The notes under the pieces were generated by a model. The model saw only the letters and a list, made by a program, of their open reading frames with translations. It was not told where the DNA came from and did not search any database. 64,000 nt of DNA, from positions 781,397 through 845,396 of the forward strand of contig OY782829.1 of NCBI GenBank assembly GCA_963678385.1, in the 5' to 3' direction. A program made the position numbers and the translations under genes. Positions 38,824-48,299 of the stretch are shown one piece after another (within the stretch, counting starts at the first letter, position 1; every line of letters begins with the position of its first letter). This DNA comes from Anaerovoracaceae bacterium. GTDB lineage: Bacteria; Bacillota; Clostridia; Peptostreptococcales; Anaerovoracaceae.

Positions 38824-40119
38824 ATGACTAGTAAAAAGAACTTTATGGAAGAAAAGTTTCTACCCGTAGCTTCCAAAATGGGAGCGCAAAGACATCTTAT
38901 CGCACTGCGTGACGGTATCGTAATGGTTATGCCGCTGCTGATCCTCGGCGCGTTCTCCATGATCGTCGCAGAATTTCCGGTTAAGGGATATCTGAATTTC
39001 ATGGCAAACACTTTCGGTGAAAACTGGAACTCGTTCGAAGGTATCATCATGAACGCTACATACGGCATTGTCGCCATCGTCGCATGCTTCGGCGTATCGA
39101 GCTCATTGGTTGGGAGCTACAAAATCGACGGTACGCCGGCCGGAATTATTTCGCTTGCCGCATTTTTCAGCATTAATATCATCGGTTCCTATGAGAGCGG
39201 CGATGCAACGGTTTCCGCATGGGCAGCTTCTACTTTTGACGCTCACCTGCTGTTCACCGCTCTGATCGTTGCGCTGATATCCGGTGAAATTTACAGGATG
39301 CTTGTCCAAAAGAATTTCACCATCAAGCTCCCGAAATCCGTGCCTCCGACTGTTTCCAGGCAGTTCGTGGCTCTGCTGCCGGGTGCGGTGATCATCCTGT
39401 TCTTCGTGATCATACGCGGGATTTTCTCAATGACGCCATGGGGCAGCTTCCCGGAATTTATAACAGTCGCAATATCCACACCGCTCCGGGGGTTCGGGAC
39501 ATCTTACGTTGGAACTCTGATGGCAGTCTTTGCGGAACATTTCCTGTGGTCCCTCGGGATCCACGGCTCTGCGGTAATCATTTTCCCGTTGTTCGAGCCG
39601 ATGTGGATCGTAAATCTTCAGGAAAATCTCAGCAATGGCGCCCACAATATCGTAACGCAGCCATTCTATGAGAACGGCGTTTGGATGGGCGGCTCCGGAG
39701 CGACACTTCCGGTCGTTGTTTACATGCTGGTTTTCGCAAAGTCCAAATTATTGAAGCAAATCGGCCGTATCGGCATCGGCCCCGGCCTGTTCAACATCAA
39801 TGAGCCGATCACATTCGGACTGCCGATCGTGCTGAATCCATTCCTGATGATCCCGTTTATCGCGGCTCCTGTCGTTGTTATGACGATCCAGTATGTCGGA
39901 ACCGCCATGGGAATATTCCCTCCGTGCAACCTTATGGTGCCATGGACAACGCCGTTCTTTATCAGCGGATTCTTAATGACAAAGAGCTTGATGGGCGTCG
40001 TCGCACAAATGATTTCTTTTGCCGCGGCATTCCTGATCTGGCTCCCATTCATCAGAGTATGGGATAAGAAGAACTTTGAAATGGAAAAGGCTGCTGAAAT
40101 CGGAGAGACAACGGCCTAA
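38824..40119 (+). CDS. PTS Lac/cellobiose family EIIC
   Basis: ALRDG, LWSLGIHG, GGSGATL, FNINEPITFGLPIVLNP. Confidence 0.93.
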   Translation: MTSKKNFMEEKFLPVASKMGAQRHLIALRDGIVMVMPLLILGAFSMIVAEFPVKGYLNFMANTFGENWNSFEGIIMNATYGIVAIVACFGVSSSLVGSYKIDGTPAGIISLAAFFSINIIGSYESGDATVSAWAASTFDAHLLFTALIVALISGEIYRMLVQKNFTIKLPKSVPPTVSRQFVALLPGAVIILFFVIIRGIFSMTPWGSFPEFITVAISTPLRGFGTSYVGTLMAVFAEHFLWSLGIHGSAVIIFPLFEPMWIVNLQENLSNGAHNIVTQPFYENGVWMGGSGATLPVVVYMLVFAKSKLLKQIGRIGIGPGLFNINEPITFGLPIVLNPFLMIPFIAAPVVVMTIQYVGTAMGIFPPCNLMVPWTTPFFISGFLMTKSLMGVVAQMISFAAAFLIWLPFIRVWDKKNFEMEKAAEIGETTA

Positions 40120-40234
40120 AAAGGTTAGATTTAACGGAATCCTAAAAAATGGTTTTACTGAATGCGCCTCCCTGCCTGACGGGCAGGGAGGAGAAAAATA
40201 GTTTAATTGAGAAGAATAAAACAGGGTGATTAAA

Positions 40235-40768
40235 ATGAGTTTTCTTGGCATGGAAATTGGGGAAGCCGCAGCTCCGGGCTACAGGCTGAAACGCTTTTCG
40301 GCTTTTATTATCGATGCGGTGATTGTACTTTGTCTCCTGATGGTGATTTATACCATAACAGGCAGGCCGGATTTTCCCGCCGTAAAAGCTGCCATGGACG
40401 CCTCCCAGACCGGGGTGGCAGGCCAGGACAGCCAGACTATGGGAGATGTGATGCTCAAATTGTTCAATGCGGCGTATCTGCAGTCTCTGCTGATCTGGTT
40501 CCTTTATGAAGTCGTGACGCAGACGTTTTTTTCCGGCGCAACCATTGGCAAACGGATCATGAAACTGAAGATCGTTTCCTGGGATCCCAACCGAAGAAGT
40601 GTTAAGCATCATTTCATGATGGCCGTAAGGAGCGCGGTAAAATTTCTCTCCTTGTATCTGTTCCAGGGGTTTCCCTTTATCATAGCGTCGCTCTCGATAT
40701 TTGCCAATAAAGAATCCAGATCCGGATTTGATCTGATTGCAAGAACAAGTGTTAACTTGGAGAAATAG
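40235..40768 (+). CDS. RDD family membrane protein
   Basis: KRFSAFIID, GATIGKRIMKLKIV, D at C-terminal RSGFD. Confidence 0.8.
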   Translation: MSFLGMEIGEAAAPGYRLKRFSAFIIDAVIVLCLLMVIYTITGRPDFPAVKAAMDASQTGVAGQDSQTMGDVMLKLFNAAYLQSLLIWFLYEVVTQTFFSGATIGKRIMKLKIVSWDPNRRSVKHHFMMAVRSAVKFLSLYLFQGFPFIIASLSIFANKESRSGFDLIARTSVNLEK

Positions 40769-40808
40769 CTCGCGCGAAAAGGGCGCCGGCTTTTAACAGG
40801 AGGCAACA

Positions 40809-41033
40809 ATGCGGTTATTTATCAATTCACCGATGGCAAGCGATATGATCATCGATCTGCTTACCGGCTACAAAGAAAATAATGTGGAATTCAAATTTAT
40901 CCAAAAGACAGGCATCAAAATGGAATTTGAGGCAAGCAACATAGACGCGGCCTCTGCATGCAGCCTGGCAAGGGAGCTCATAAAAAGCACCGATGCAGGA
41001 AAGGTTCTCTATTTCTCAGTAGAGGCTGTCTAA
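40809..41033 (+). CDS. Hypothetical 74-aa protein
   Basis: AGGAGG RBS, in-operon position; no family recognised. Confidence 0.7.
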   Translation: MRLFINSPMASDMIIDLLTGYKENNVEFKFIQKTGIKMEFEASNIDAASACSLARELIKSTDAGKVLYFSVEAV

Positions 41034-41072
41034 ACCGGATATTTTATGCTATATTAATTTATTGAAGGTACT

Positions 41073-42632
41073 GTGTATTGGGATCAACGGAAAGCGGATA
41101 TGAATCATTTTGAAACCAGATTAAAAAAAATACTGGAATTGCTGTTACAGGGCGACAGTTATCTGACGCTGGATTTTTTATCTCATCATGTCGGTATATC
41201 GAAGCGTTCTATACAGAATTACATGCATAAACTGGAGGATTGGCTCTCTGATATGGGCTTTTCCGATATCGAGCTTCACAAAAAACAGGGCCACGGGATC
41301 AAACTGCTGATTTCGGACGGAAGCCGAAAAAAACTTGAAGACATCCTGAACGCCGAAAAGTTCAGTCTTTTTGACGAAGGCGTCCTGAGAAGACTGGAGA
41401 TGTTGAAGGCTCTGATTTTTTCCAATGACGAGCTCACGATCCAGTTTTTCGCGGATCAGTTCTATATCAGCCGGACCGTGATCCTGAAGGATCTTGAGTG
41501 GGTCAGCCAATGGCTTTCCAAATTCGATCTTCAGCTTTTTAAAACACAGCGCCGCGGTATCGGCATCAGTGGCAACGAAGTATCCCGGAGAAATGCAATC
41601 GCAGGGTTTTTTGACATATACAAAACAAAAGAACAGCTCCTGATGAAGGATTTTGATTCGTCAAGCAGGATAACGGATGAAAAACTATTACGGGTAAAGA
41701 ACATCTATCCCAAGATTGACAGCAAACCGGTCTGTGCGATCATTGAAGACGCGGAAAAGAAATTTGATTTCTTCCTGACGGATGAGTTTTTTTTGGCTCT
41801 GGTCACCCATCTGATCATCTGCATCGCAAGACTCAGCTCGGGGAAAAATGTCGACGAATGTTTTCTTCCTCCTGAAGCGGAATACGGCGGACTGGAAAGA
41901 AGCACCGCCGAATACATAGCCTCAAGGATAGAGGGCGAATACAACCTGGCTTTTCCTGAATCAGAACGCATCTATATCTGCATGCACCTGATGAGCTACA
42001 ACACCTTCAGCTATGTCGAGAAGGGAAGCCCCGACGATGTACTGAAAAACATACCGAAAAAAATAGAACTGTTGGCGATCTGCCTGATCGACTATGTTGA
42101 TGCGCAGCTCGGAACATCCTTTGCGTCAGATAAGCTGCTTTTCTTCGGAATTCTTTTTCATCTGAACAATTCCCTGCAAAGACTCGAGGAGAGCATCCCC
42201 ATCAATACAATACAGAGAAATGAGTTCTCGAAAAAAAATATGGAAATTTTCAACGCAGTCTCCAAGTCCAGCAATTTGTATGAGGGCATTTGCGGCGTCA
42301 AGCCCAGCGAAGAAGAACTGATCATACTGACGATGCATTTTACTCTATCGCAAAAGAGAAACATCCGGAAGAAAAAAGCTCTGCTGGTTTGTAATAACGG
42401 GATATCGGCGGGATTATCGCTCTGCAGGTATCTTTCCGAACTGTCTCTGGATCTGGAAATCGTCGATGTATGCTCCGTTTTCCAATATGCCTACAAGCCG
42501 GATAACGAGTATGATTTCATCATATCTACGGTTCCCCTGAAGGACGTCCATAAACCGACGGCCGACCTCTCTCATGTAACAAAAAATAATTACGGCAAAT
42601 TTCTGGAGGATTATATTTTTTCACTTGCTTAG
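41073..42632 (+). CDS. PRD-containing transcriptional regulator (LicR/MtlR-like: HTH, PRD, EIIB-like)
   Basis: Two HTH regions, ALVTHL and YICMHL PRD His motifs, C-terminal LVCNNGISAG; no EIIA domain. Confidence 0.85.
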   Translation: MYWDQRKADMNHFETRLKKILELLLQGDSYLTLDFLSHHVGISKRSIQNYMHKLEDWLSDMGFSDIELHKKQGHGIKLLISDGSRKKLEDILNAEKFSLFDEGVLRRLEMLKALIFSNDELTIQFFADQFYISRTVILKDLEWVSQWLSKFDLQLFKTQRRGIGISGNEVSRRNAIAGFFDIYKTKEQLLMKDFDSSSRITDEKLLRVKNIYPKIDSKPVCAIIEDAEKKFDFFLTDEFFLALVTHLIICIARLSSGKNVDECFLPPEAEYGGLERSTAEYIASRIEGEYNLAFPESERIYICMHLMSYNTFSYVEKGSPDDVLKNIPKKIELLAICLIDYVDAQLGTSFASDKLLFFGILFHLNNSLQRLEESIPINTIQRNEFSKKNMEIFNAVSKSSNLYEGICGVKPSEEELIILTMHFTLSQKRNIRKKKALLVCNNGISAGLSLCRYLSELSLDLEIVDVCSVFQYAYKPDNEYDFIISTVPLKDVHKPTADLSHVTKNNYGKFLEDYIFSLA

Positions 42633-42655
42633 TGCAATTAAGGAGTCATCAAAGT

Positions 42656-43315
42656 ATGTTGAAAGCGGTAGTATTTGATATGGACGGCGTGATCATAGAC
42701 AGCGAGCCGATCCATTATGAGCTGTCGATGCTGTATTACGGCGAACTGGGACTGCAAATCACGGACGAGGAGTATTACACCTTTGTCGGTGTGGGCGACA
42801 TAGAAATCTTTACGAGGCTGAAAGAAAAATATGGCCTGAAGCAGGAGATCAACGAGCTGGTGGAAACATATCAGCAACGATATATCAAACATTTGAAAAC
42901 CTTAAAAGATGAAAAGCCGATCCGCGGCGTTGATACCCTGATCCGGGATATTCACCGGGGAGGATATCGTCTTGCCCTGGGATCGTCCGCTACCAGGAGA
43001 AATATCGAGGCTGTTCTGGAATTTTTCAACCTGCGGGATTACTTCGAAACGATAGTCAGCGGCTGTGAGGTCGAACGGTCGAAGCCGTCTCCGGATATTT
43101 ATATAGAGGCGGCGAAAAGGCTGGGAGTGGAGACTTCGGAGTGTGTTGTCATTGAAGACTCCTCCAACGGGATCCGGGCTGCCAAGCTGGCCGGGATGAA
43201 ATGCATTGCTTACAGGAACCTGAACTCGGGCGAGCAGGATCTTTCACTGGCAGACCGGGTAATCGACAGCTTTGAGGGCTTGGATCCGGAAGAATTGTTG
43301 GCCCCGCATGCCTGA
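42656..43315 (+). CDS. HAD-family phosphatase (beta-PGM-like)
   Basis: FDMDGVIIDSE, LGSS, KPSPD, IEDS.NGI. Confidence 0.92.
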   Translation: MLKAVVFDMDGVIIDSEPIHYELSMLYYGELGLQITDEEYYTFVGVGDIEIFTRLKEKYGLKQEINELVETYQQRYIKHLKTLKDEKPIRGVDTLIRDIHRGGYRLALGSSATRRNIEAVLEFFNLRDYFETIVSGCEVERSKPSPDIYIEAAKRLGVETSECVVIEDSSNGIRAAKLAGMKCIAYRNLNSGEQDLSLADRVIDSFEGLDPEELLAPHA

Positions 43316-43398
43316 GGAATCATAGAAACCAGGAACAGGAAGTTAAAGTCCGTCATACTATGTTATAAAGTAAAACAAGTAGGGGGCTATGACAAACG

Positions 43399-43509
43399 AT
43401 GATCAACATAGCTGACTGGTTAATGGGATTACTGTACATAGCTTTCATAGCAGGAGTGATCGGATACGCCTATTATGAAATCAGAAACAGAATAAAGGGA
43501 AAATATTGA
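43399..43509 (+). CDS. Candidate 36-aa single-pass membrane protein, below the ORF-track cutoff
   Basis: MINIADWLMGLLYIAFIAGVIGYAYYEIRNRIKGKY; AGGGGG upstream; terminator follows. Confidence 0.5.
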   Translation: MINIADWLMGLLYIAFIAGVIGYAYYEIRNRIKGKY

Positions 43510-43541
43510 ATATGGAGGCCTGCGGACCTCCATATTTTTTA
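43510..43541 (+). terminator. Terminator after the small ORF
   Basis: atatggagg...cctccatattttt. Confidence 0.75.
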
Positions 43542-43663
43542 ATTTAACAGGAAAAGTGGCGCAGCCATTTTTTTATGGCAATTATTTACGGAATTATCTG
43601 GTTTGATGCGGCGGATTGGGGCTATAATACTAAGTAAATAATTCGTATCGCAAGGAGGCTGCC

Positions 43664-46615
43664 ATGAACAATTATAAAGAATTCGAACCGAGATTTACAA
43701 GTTTTCATGACCTGATGAAGTTCCGCGTAAGGGAGATACTCCTGGTATCGACTCCATATGACTCCTTCGTTCTGGAGGAGGACGGCAGTCTTTCCGACAA
43801 GATATTCAGCGAATACCTGGATCTGAACTTGCAGTTCGTTCCCAGGATCGCCCATGCGTCGTCTGCTGAAGAAGCTTTTGAGGCCATGAAAACCCGGACC
43901 TATGATCTGGTCATCACCATGCCGCGTATCAGCGACATGGATACGCTGGAATTCAGCAGGAAGGTGAAGGAGCTCTATCCCGAAAAGCCCATCGTCATGC
44001 TGACTTACGAAGCGATGGATGACGATACGCTCGGGGAAATCAGAGAATCCAAATCTATCGACAGGATCTTCGTCTGGTCGGGCAACAGCCAGATACTCCT
44101 TGCGATCATAAAATACGTCGAAGACCGCGGAAACGTCGAAGAGGACTGCAAGCAGGGCGTACAAGTGATATTGGTCGTGGACGATTCACCCGATTACTAT
44201 TCGCAGTTCCTTCCGCTGATCTATACGGAAATCATGAAGCAGACAAGGTACCTGATCTCCCATGCGGTGAACGATCTCCATCGGTTGCTGAGAATGAGGG
44301 CTAGGCCGAAGATCCTGCTGGCCATTTCCTATGAAGAGGCGCTGGAAATCGCCGGAAAATATAAAAACAACCTGCTCGGGATCATATCCGACATCCGCTT
44401 TCTGAAAGAAGGCGCCGTCAGCGCCGAAGCCGGTCTGGATCTTGCGGTAAAGGTCAGGGAGATGATTCCCGATCTTCCGATCCTCTTGCAGTCGGAAGAA
44501 ACAGAAAATGAAAAAAAAGCGGAAAAACTCCAGTTGAGGTATCTCGACAAGAATTCGACGATCCTCCTGAAGGAGCTCCGCTGCTATATCATGGACAATT
44601 ACAGCTTCGGTGAATTTGTGTTCAAAACTCCCCAGGGTGAGACCATTTCCATGGCCTCCGACATATCGGATTTTGAGAGAGCTATTAAGATTTTACCCGA
44701 TGAAAGTCTCGCTTATCATGCCGCCAGATATGACTTTTCCCGATGGTTCCGAGCCAGAACCGAATTTGAGGTGGCGGAGGAGATGAGAAACAGAGAGGTG
44801 GGGGCTTCCGAAAATATCGCGGAATTCCGCGAGTATCTGATCGACTGCATGGATCGATACTTCAGAAGATACCAGCGGGGACTCATCGTCGATTTCGGTT
44901 CCTCAAAGCTGAATTTTGAGAACTCCTTTACCAGACTCGGCAGCGGTTCACTGGGCGGAAAAGCGAGAAGCGTCGCATTTTTCCGGTCTCTGATAGCCAA
45001 TTCGGGACTCCAGACGAAATATGAAGGAGTGCGGTTTAAAATACCGATCTCCTTTGCGATCTGCAGCGGAGTTTTTGAAGATTTCATGCATACCAACGAC
45101 CTTCAGGAAATGGCGATCCGTTCCGACGACGAGCAGGAAATCGCCCGGAAGTTCCTGGAAGCGGAGCTGCCCGAAGCGATAACCGCAGATCTCAGAATGC
45201 TGGTCAACGAGATCGATTATCCGCTGGCCGTCCGTTCTTCCAGTATACTGGAGGATTCACAGGTGCTGCCCTTTGCGGGGATCTATAAAACGTATATCAT
45301 CCCCAATTGTCACCCGGATCCGGAGATGCGCCTGAAGCAGCTTGTCGACGCTGTAAAGCTCATCTATGCTTCATCCTTTTTCCAGTCTCCGAAGGGATAT
45401 GCCAAAAACGCAAATATCCGCATCGAAGAGGGCGCCATGTCTGTGCTGATCCAGCAGCTCATCGGAGAAAGGCACGGTGATATCTTCTATCCGGCGGTAT
45501 CAGGCGTCGCGCAGACATACAATTACTATCCCTACTCGCATATGAAGCCGGAGCAGGGAATTGTCAGCCTTGCCCTCGGATTTGGAAAAGCCATCGTGGA
45601 CGGCGGACGGGTTTACAGCTTTTCGCCGGCATACCCGAAGATGAACCCACCGTACTCATCACCCAGGGAGTTTATGGAGTTTACGCAGTCGACCTTTTTT
45701 ACCCTTGATTTAAGCGATCCGGCGAAGCAGCTTACCATCGACGATGTATGCACCTATCGGAAAATCGATCTGGAACGCGCTGAGCAGGACGGCACTTTGG
45801 AGCTGGTGGGAAGCACCTATTCTGCAGAAAATGATGTGATCATGGATACGCTTTCAGTCAGCGGCCCAAGACTCGTTACTTTTGCCTCGATTCTGAAATA
45901 TAACTCCTTCCCAATGGTTGAAATCATTAAAGACTTGTTTGAACTGGGTAAAAATGCATTCGGTACGGACGTCGAAATGGAATTTGCAGTCAACATCCCA
46001 GTTGACAGGAAATCCGTGCCGGAGTTTTATTTCCTCCAGGTCCGGCCGATGGTCGTCGGACGGGAAGCCCGCGAGGTCATGATCGACGAATACAAGGAAA
46101 AGGACTTGATCTGTACCAGTCGCCACATCATCGGAAATGGCTCCTATAAGGGCATCTCCGATATTATTTTCGTGGATCCCGATCTTTTTGAACTGAACAA
46201 GACAATTGACATCGCGACTGAAATCGGCACGCTGAACAAGATCCTCGCAGATGAAAAACGAAAATGTATTTTGATGGGATTCGGCAGGATCGGGACGTCC
46301 GATCAGTGGCTCGGGATTCCGCTGCTCTGGTGGCAAATGTCCCAGGCCAAGGTGGTCATTGAATCTGATTTGGGCACTCTGGTTGTGGAACCGTCTCTTG
46401 GAAGCCACTTCCATCATAATCTCACCTCGCTGAAAATGGGTTATTTCCATGTGGGAAACAGGCCTGGGGGCGAAGATCGTATCAATTGGGAGACACTGAA
46501 ACAGGGGCGGATCGTCGCGCAGACCGAACATGCGAAGCTTGTCCGCTTCAAAAAACCGCTCATTATCAAAATCGACGGCCAAAGCGGCAGGGGAGTCATC
46601 CTGAAGGATGATTGA
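43664..46615 (+). CDS. Receiver-domain + PEP synthase/PPDK-type nucleotide-binding domain protein
   Basis: Receiver-like segments (ILLVS...DLVIT; ILVVDD...IISD...LQS...K), GSLGGKA, LAVRSSSILED...FAGIY, FQVRP, C-terminal GSHF; no pyruvate-binding barrel. Confidence 0.8.
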   Translation: MNNYKEFEPRFTSFHDLMKFRVREILLVSTPYDSFVLEEDGSLSDKIFSEYLDLNLQFVPRIAHASSAEEAFEAMKTRTYDLVITMPRISDMDTLEFSRKVKELYPEKPIVMLTYEAMDDDTLGEIRESKSIDRIFVWSGNSQILLAIIKYVEDRGNVEEDCKQGVQVILVVDDSPDYYSQFLPLIYTEIMKQTRYLISHAVNDLHRLLRMRARPKILLAISYEEALEIAGKYKNNLLGIISDIRFLKEGAVSAEAGLDLAVKVREMIPDLPILLQSEETENEKKAEKLQLRYLDKNSTILLKELRCYIMDNYSFGEFVFKTPQGETISMASDISDFERAIKILPDESLAYHAARYDFSRWFRARTEFEVAEEMRNREVGASENIAEFREYLIDCMDRYFRRYQRGLIVDFGSSKLNFENSFTRLGSGSLGGKARSVAFFRSLIANSGLQTKYEGVRFKIPISFAICSGVFEDFMHTNDLQEMAIRSDDEQEIARKFLEAELPEAITADLRMLVNEIDYPLAVRSSSILEDSQVLPFAGIYKTYIIPNCHPDPEMRLKQLVDAVKLIYASSFFQSPKGYAKNANIRIEEGAMSVLIQQLIGERHGDIFYPAVSGVAQTYNYYPYSHMKPEQGIVSLALGFGKAIVDGGRVYSFSPAYPKMNPPYSSPREFMEFTQSTFFTLDLSDPAKQLTIDDVCTYRKIDLERAEQDGTLELVGSTYSAENDVIMDTLSVSGPRLVTFASILKYNSFPMVEIIKDLFELGKNAFGTDVEMEFAVNIPVDRKSVPEFYFLQVRPMVVGREAREVMIDEYKEKDLICTSRHIIGNGSYKGISDIIFVDPDLFELNKTIDIATEIGTLNKILADEKRKCILMGFGRIGTSDQWLGIPLLWWQMSQAKVVIESDLGTLVVEPSLGSHFHHNLTSLKMGYFHVGNRPGGEDRINWETLKQGRIVAQTEHAKLVRFKKPLIIKIDGQSGRGVILKDD

Positions 46616-46656
46616 GACCACGGTATTTCGAGAAAATATGCCTGGCAGTCGTAAAA

Positions 46657-46693
46657 AAAGAACTGTCTCACTTTATTGTTGAGACAGTTCTTT
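46657..46693. terminator. Bidirectional terminator
   Basis: aaagaactgtctca / tgagacagttcttt. Confidence 0.85.
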
Positions 46694-46697
46694 ATGT

Positions 46698-47804
46698 TTA
46701 TTCGAAGGGGAATCTATGCTTTAGCCCCAGTGCGTTGCGCACCTCGATGAATTCCTTCTGGACGGCTTCTCCAACGGGAACGCCCTTGTCCTTTCTTTCC
46801 AGCCAGGTGAGATATTCCTTCTCGCCAGCCGTGTAGATCCTGTTTTCTCCCGGAGCCAACGTGGATGCCCGCAGCTCTCTGAGGATATCTCCGGTGGTTT
46901 TCTTGAAACTCTCAGCTCCCAGAAAGGCCTCCGTGTCGATGGCAATAAAGAAGTGTCCTAGATGGTAAGGCACTTTTTCTCCGTGTTCACCCAGGCCCGT
47001 GAGCATTTTCATGTAGCTGCCCGCCTGCAGTGCCGCAGACAGGATCTCAACCACAGCGGCATAACCGTACCCCTTGTATCCGCCAAGCTCTTCGCCGATG
47101 CCGCCCAAAGGCGCCAGCGCCGCTTTTTCCTTTACGAGGTCGTCGAGAATCTGCACGCTGTCGGTCATGGCCTTTCCGTCATGTCCGATGACCATACCTG
47201 CCGGCGTATCCTTGCCTACCCGCGCATAATATTCGATCTTGCCACGCTGGGTGATGCTTGTTGCGCAATCCAGCATGAAGGGGAATTCCTCATCGGTGGG
47301 GATTCCGAAGGTCAGCGGATTGGTGCCCATCATGTTTTCCACTCCAAAGGTGGGCGCGATGGAAGGACGCGCGTTGGTTCCCGTGATCCCGATCATGTTT
47401 TCCTTTACCGCCATGGATGCATAATAGCCGGCAATGCCGTAATGGGTAGAATTTCTGGCGGCCACCATGCCCATGCCGTATTTCTTGGCCTTTTCGATGG
47501 CCATGGTCATGGCCTTGTGGCCGACGATCATTCCCATGCCGTCGTGGCCGTCCACAACAGCCGTTGTCGGCGTTTCTTTCAGGATTTCAAATTCGGTAAC
47601 AGGTTTCTGGATACCTGCGTTGATACGGTCGATATAGATCGGCTTGAAGCGGTTGCAGCCGTGGCTTTCGATTCCGCGTCTGTCGCTTTCCATCAGAACG
47701 TCGGCGCAGATCGCGGCCTCGCCTGCCGGTACGCCGATTTTCTCAAACGCCGCCGTCATAAAATCTCCGATCAGTTCCCATGATACATAAGGTCTGTTCT
47801 CCAT
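46698..47804 (-). CDS. Ldh_2 (type 2 malate/L-lactate dehydrogenase) family oxidoreductase
   Basis: GIESHG, RNSTHYG, GTNPL, LDCATS, GGYKGYG, GHFFIAID. Confidence 0.9.
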   Translation of the reverse strand: MENRPYVSWELIGDFMTAAFEKIGVPAGEAAICADVLMESDRRGIESHGCNRFKPIYIDRINAGIQKPVTEFEILKETPTTAVVDGHDGMGMIVGHKAMTMAIEKAKKYGMGMVAARNSTHYGIAGYYASMAVKENMIGITGTNARPSIAPTFGVENMMGTNPLTFGIPTDEEFPFMLDCATSITQRGKIEYYARVGKDTPAGMVIGHDGKAMTDSVQILDDLVKEKAALAPLGGIGEELGGYKGYGYAAVVEILSAALQAGSYMKMLTGLGEHGEKVPYHLGHFFIAIDTEAFLGAESFKKTTGDILRELRASTLAPGENRIYTAGEKEYLTWLERKDKGVPVGEAVQKEFIEVRNALGLKHRFPFE

Positions 47805-47843
47805 AATGCCTCCTTAGATTTTTATCGCTTAATGTCATGCTGG

Positions 47844-48172
47844 GACGCCGCTTGCATGTTATAGTAAATCCACTATTCTAGGTGATTGCATAAATGCAAT
47901 CTACTGCAGCTTCGCTGAGAGGTAGGATTCATTGAAACATGCTTCGACGCAGCTTGTATGTTATAATAAATCCACTATTCTAGGTGATTGCATAAATGCA
48001 ATCTACTGCAGCTTCGCTGAGAGGTAGGATTCATTGAAACATGCTTCGACGCCGCTTGCATGTTATAATAAATCCACTATTCTAGGTGATTGCATAAATG
48101 CAATCTACTGCAGCTTCGCTGAGAGGTAGGATTCATTGAAACATGCTTCGACGCCGCTTGCATGTTATAATA
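47844..48172. repeat. Tandem array of 3.2 near-identical 102-bp structured units
   Basis: gacgc recurs at 47844, 47946, 48048, 48150; aaatccactattctagg at 47866, 47968, 48070. Confidence 0.95.
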
Positions 48173-48299
48173 CCTATTATTGTCCACTGCTTCCATTATA
48201 CTGGCAGATAATGGGGAAAGTAAATATTTTTTCGAACCTGACATACAGTTGTCAGGTTCGGGGTGTTATAAATCAATCAAAAACAAAAGGAGGGAAATT

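Noticed and set aside
40120-40200. BglG/SacY RAT antiterminator site after EIIC
   Set aside because: A hairpin exists (ctccctgcc/ggcagggag) but there is no RAT consensus, and the PRD regulator has HTH rather than CAT domains
47844-48172. CRISPR array or type III antitoxin array
   Set aside because: Units are near-identical over the full 102 bp with no unique spacers, there are no cas genes, and no ToxN/CptN-like gene follows
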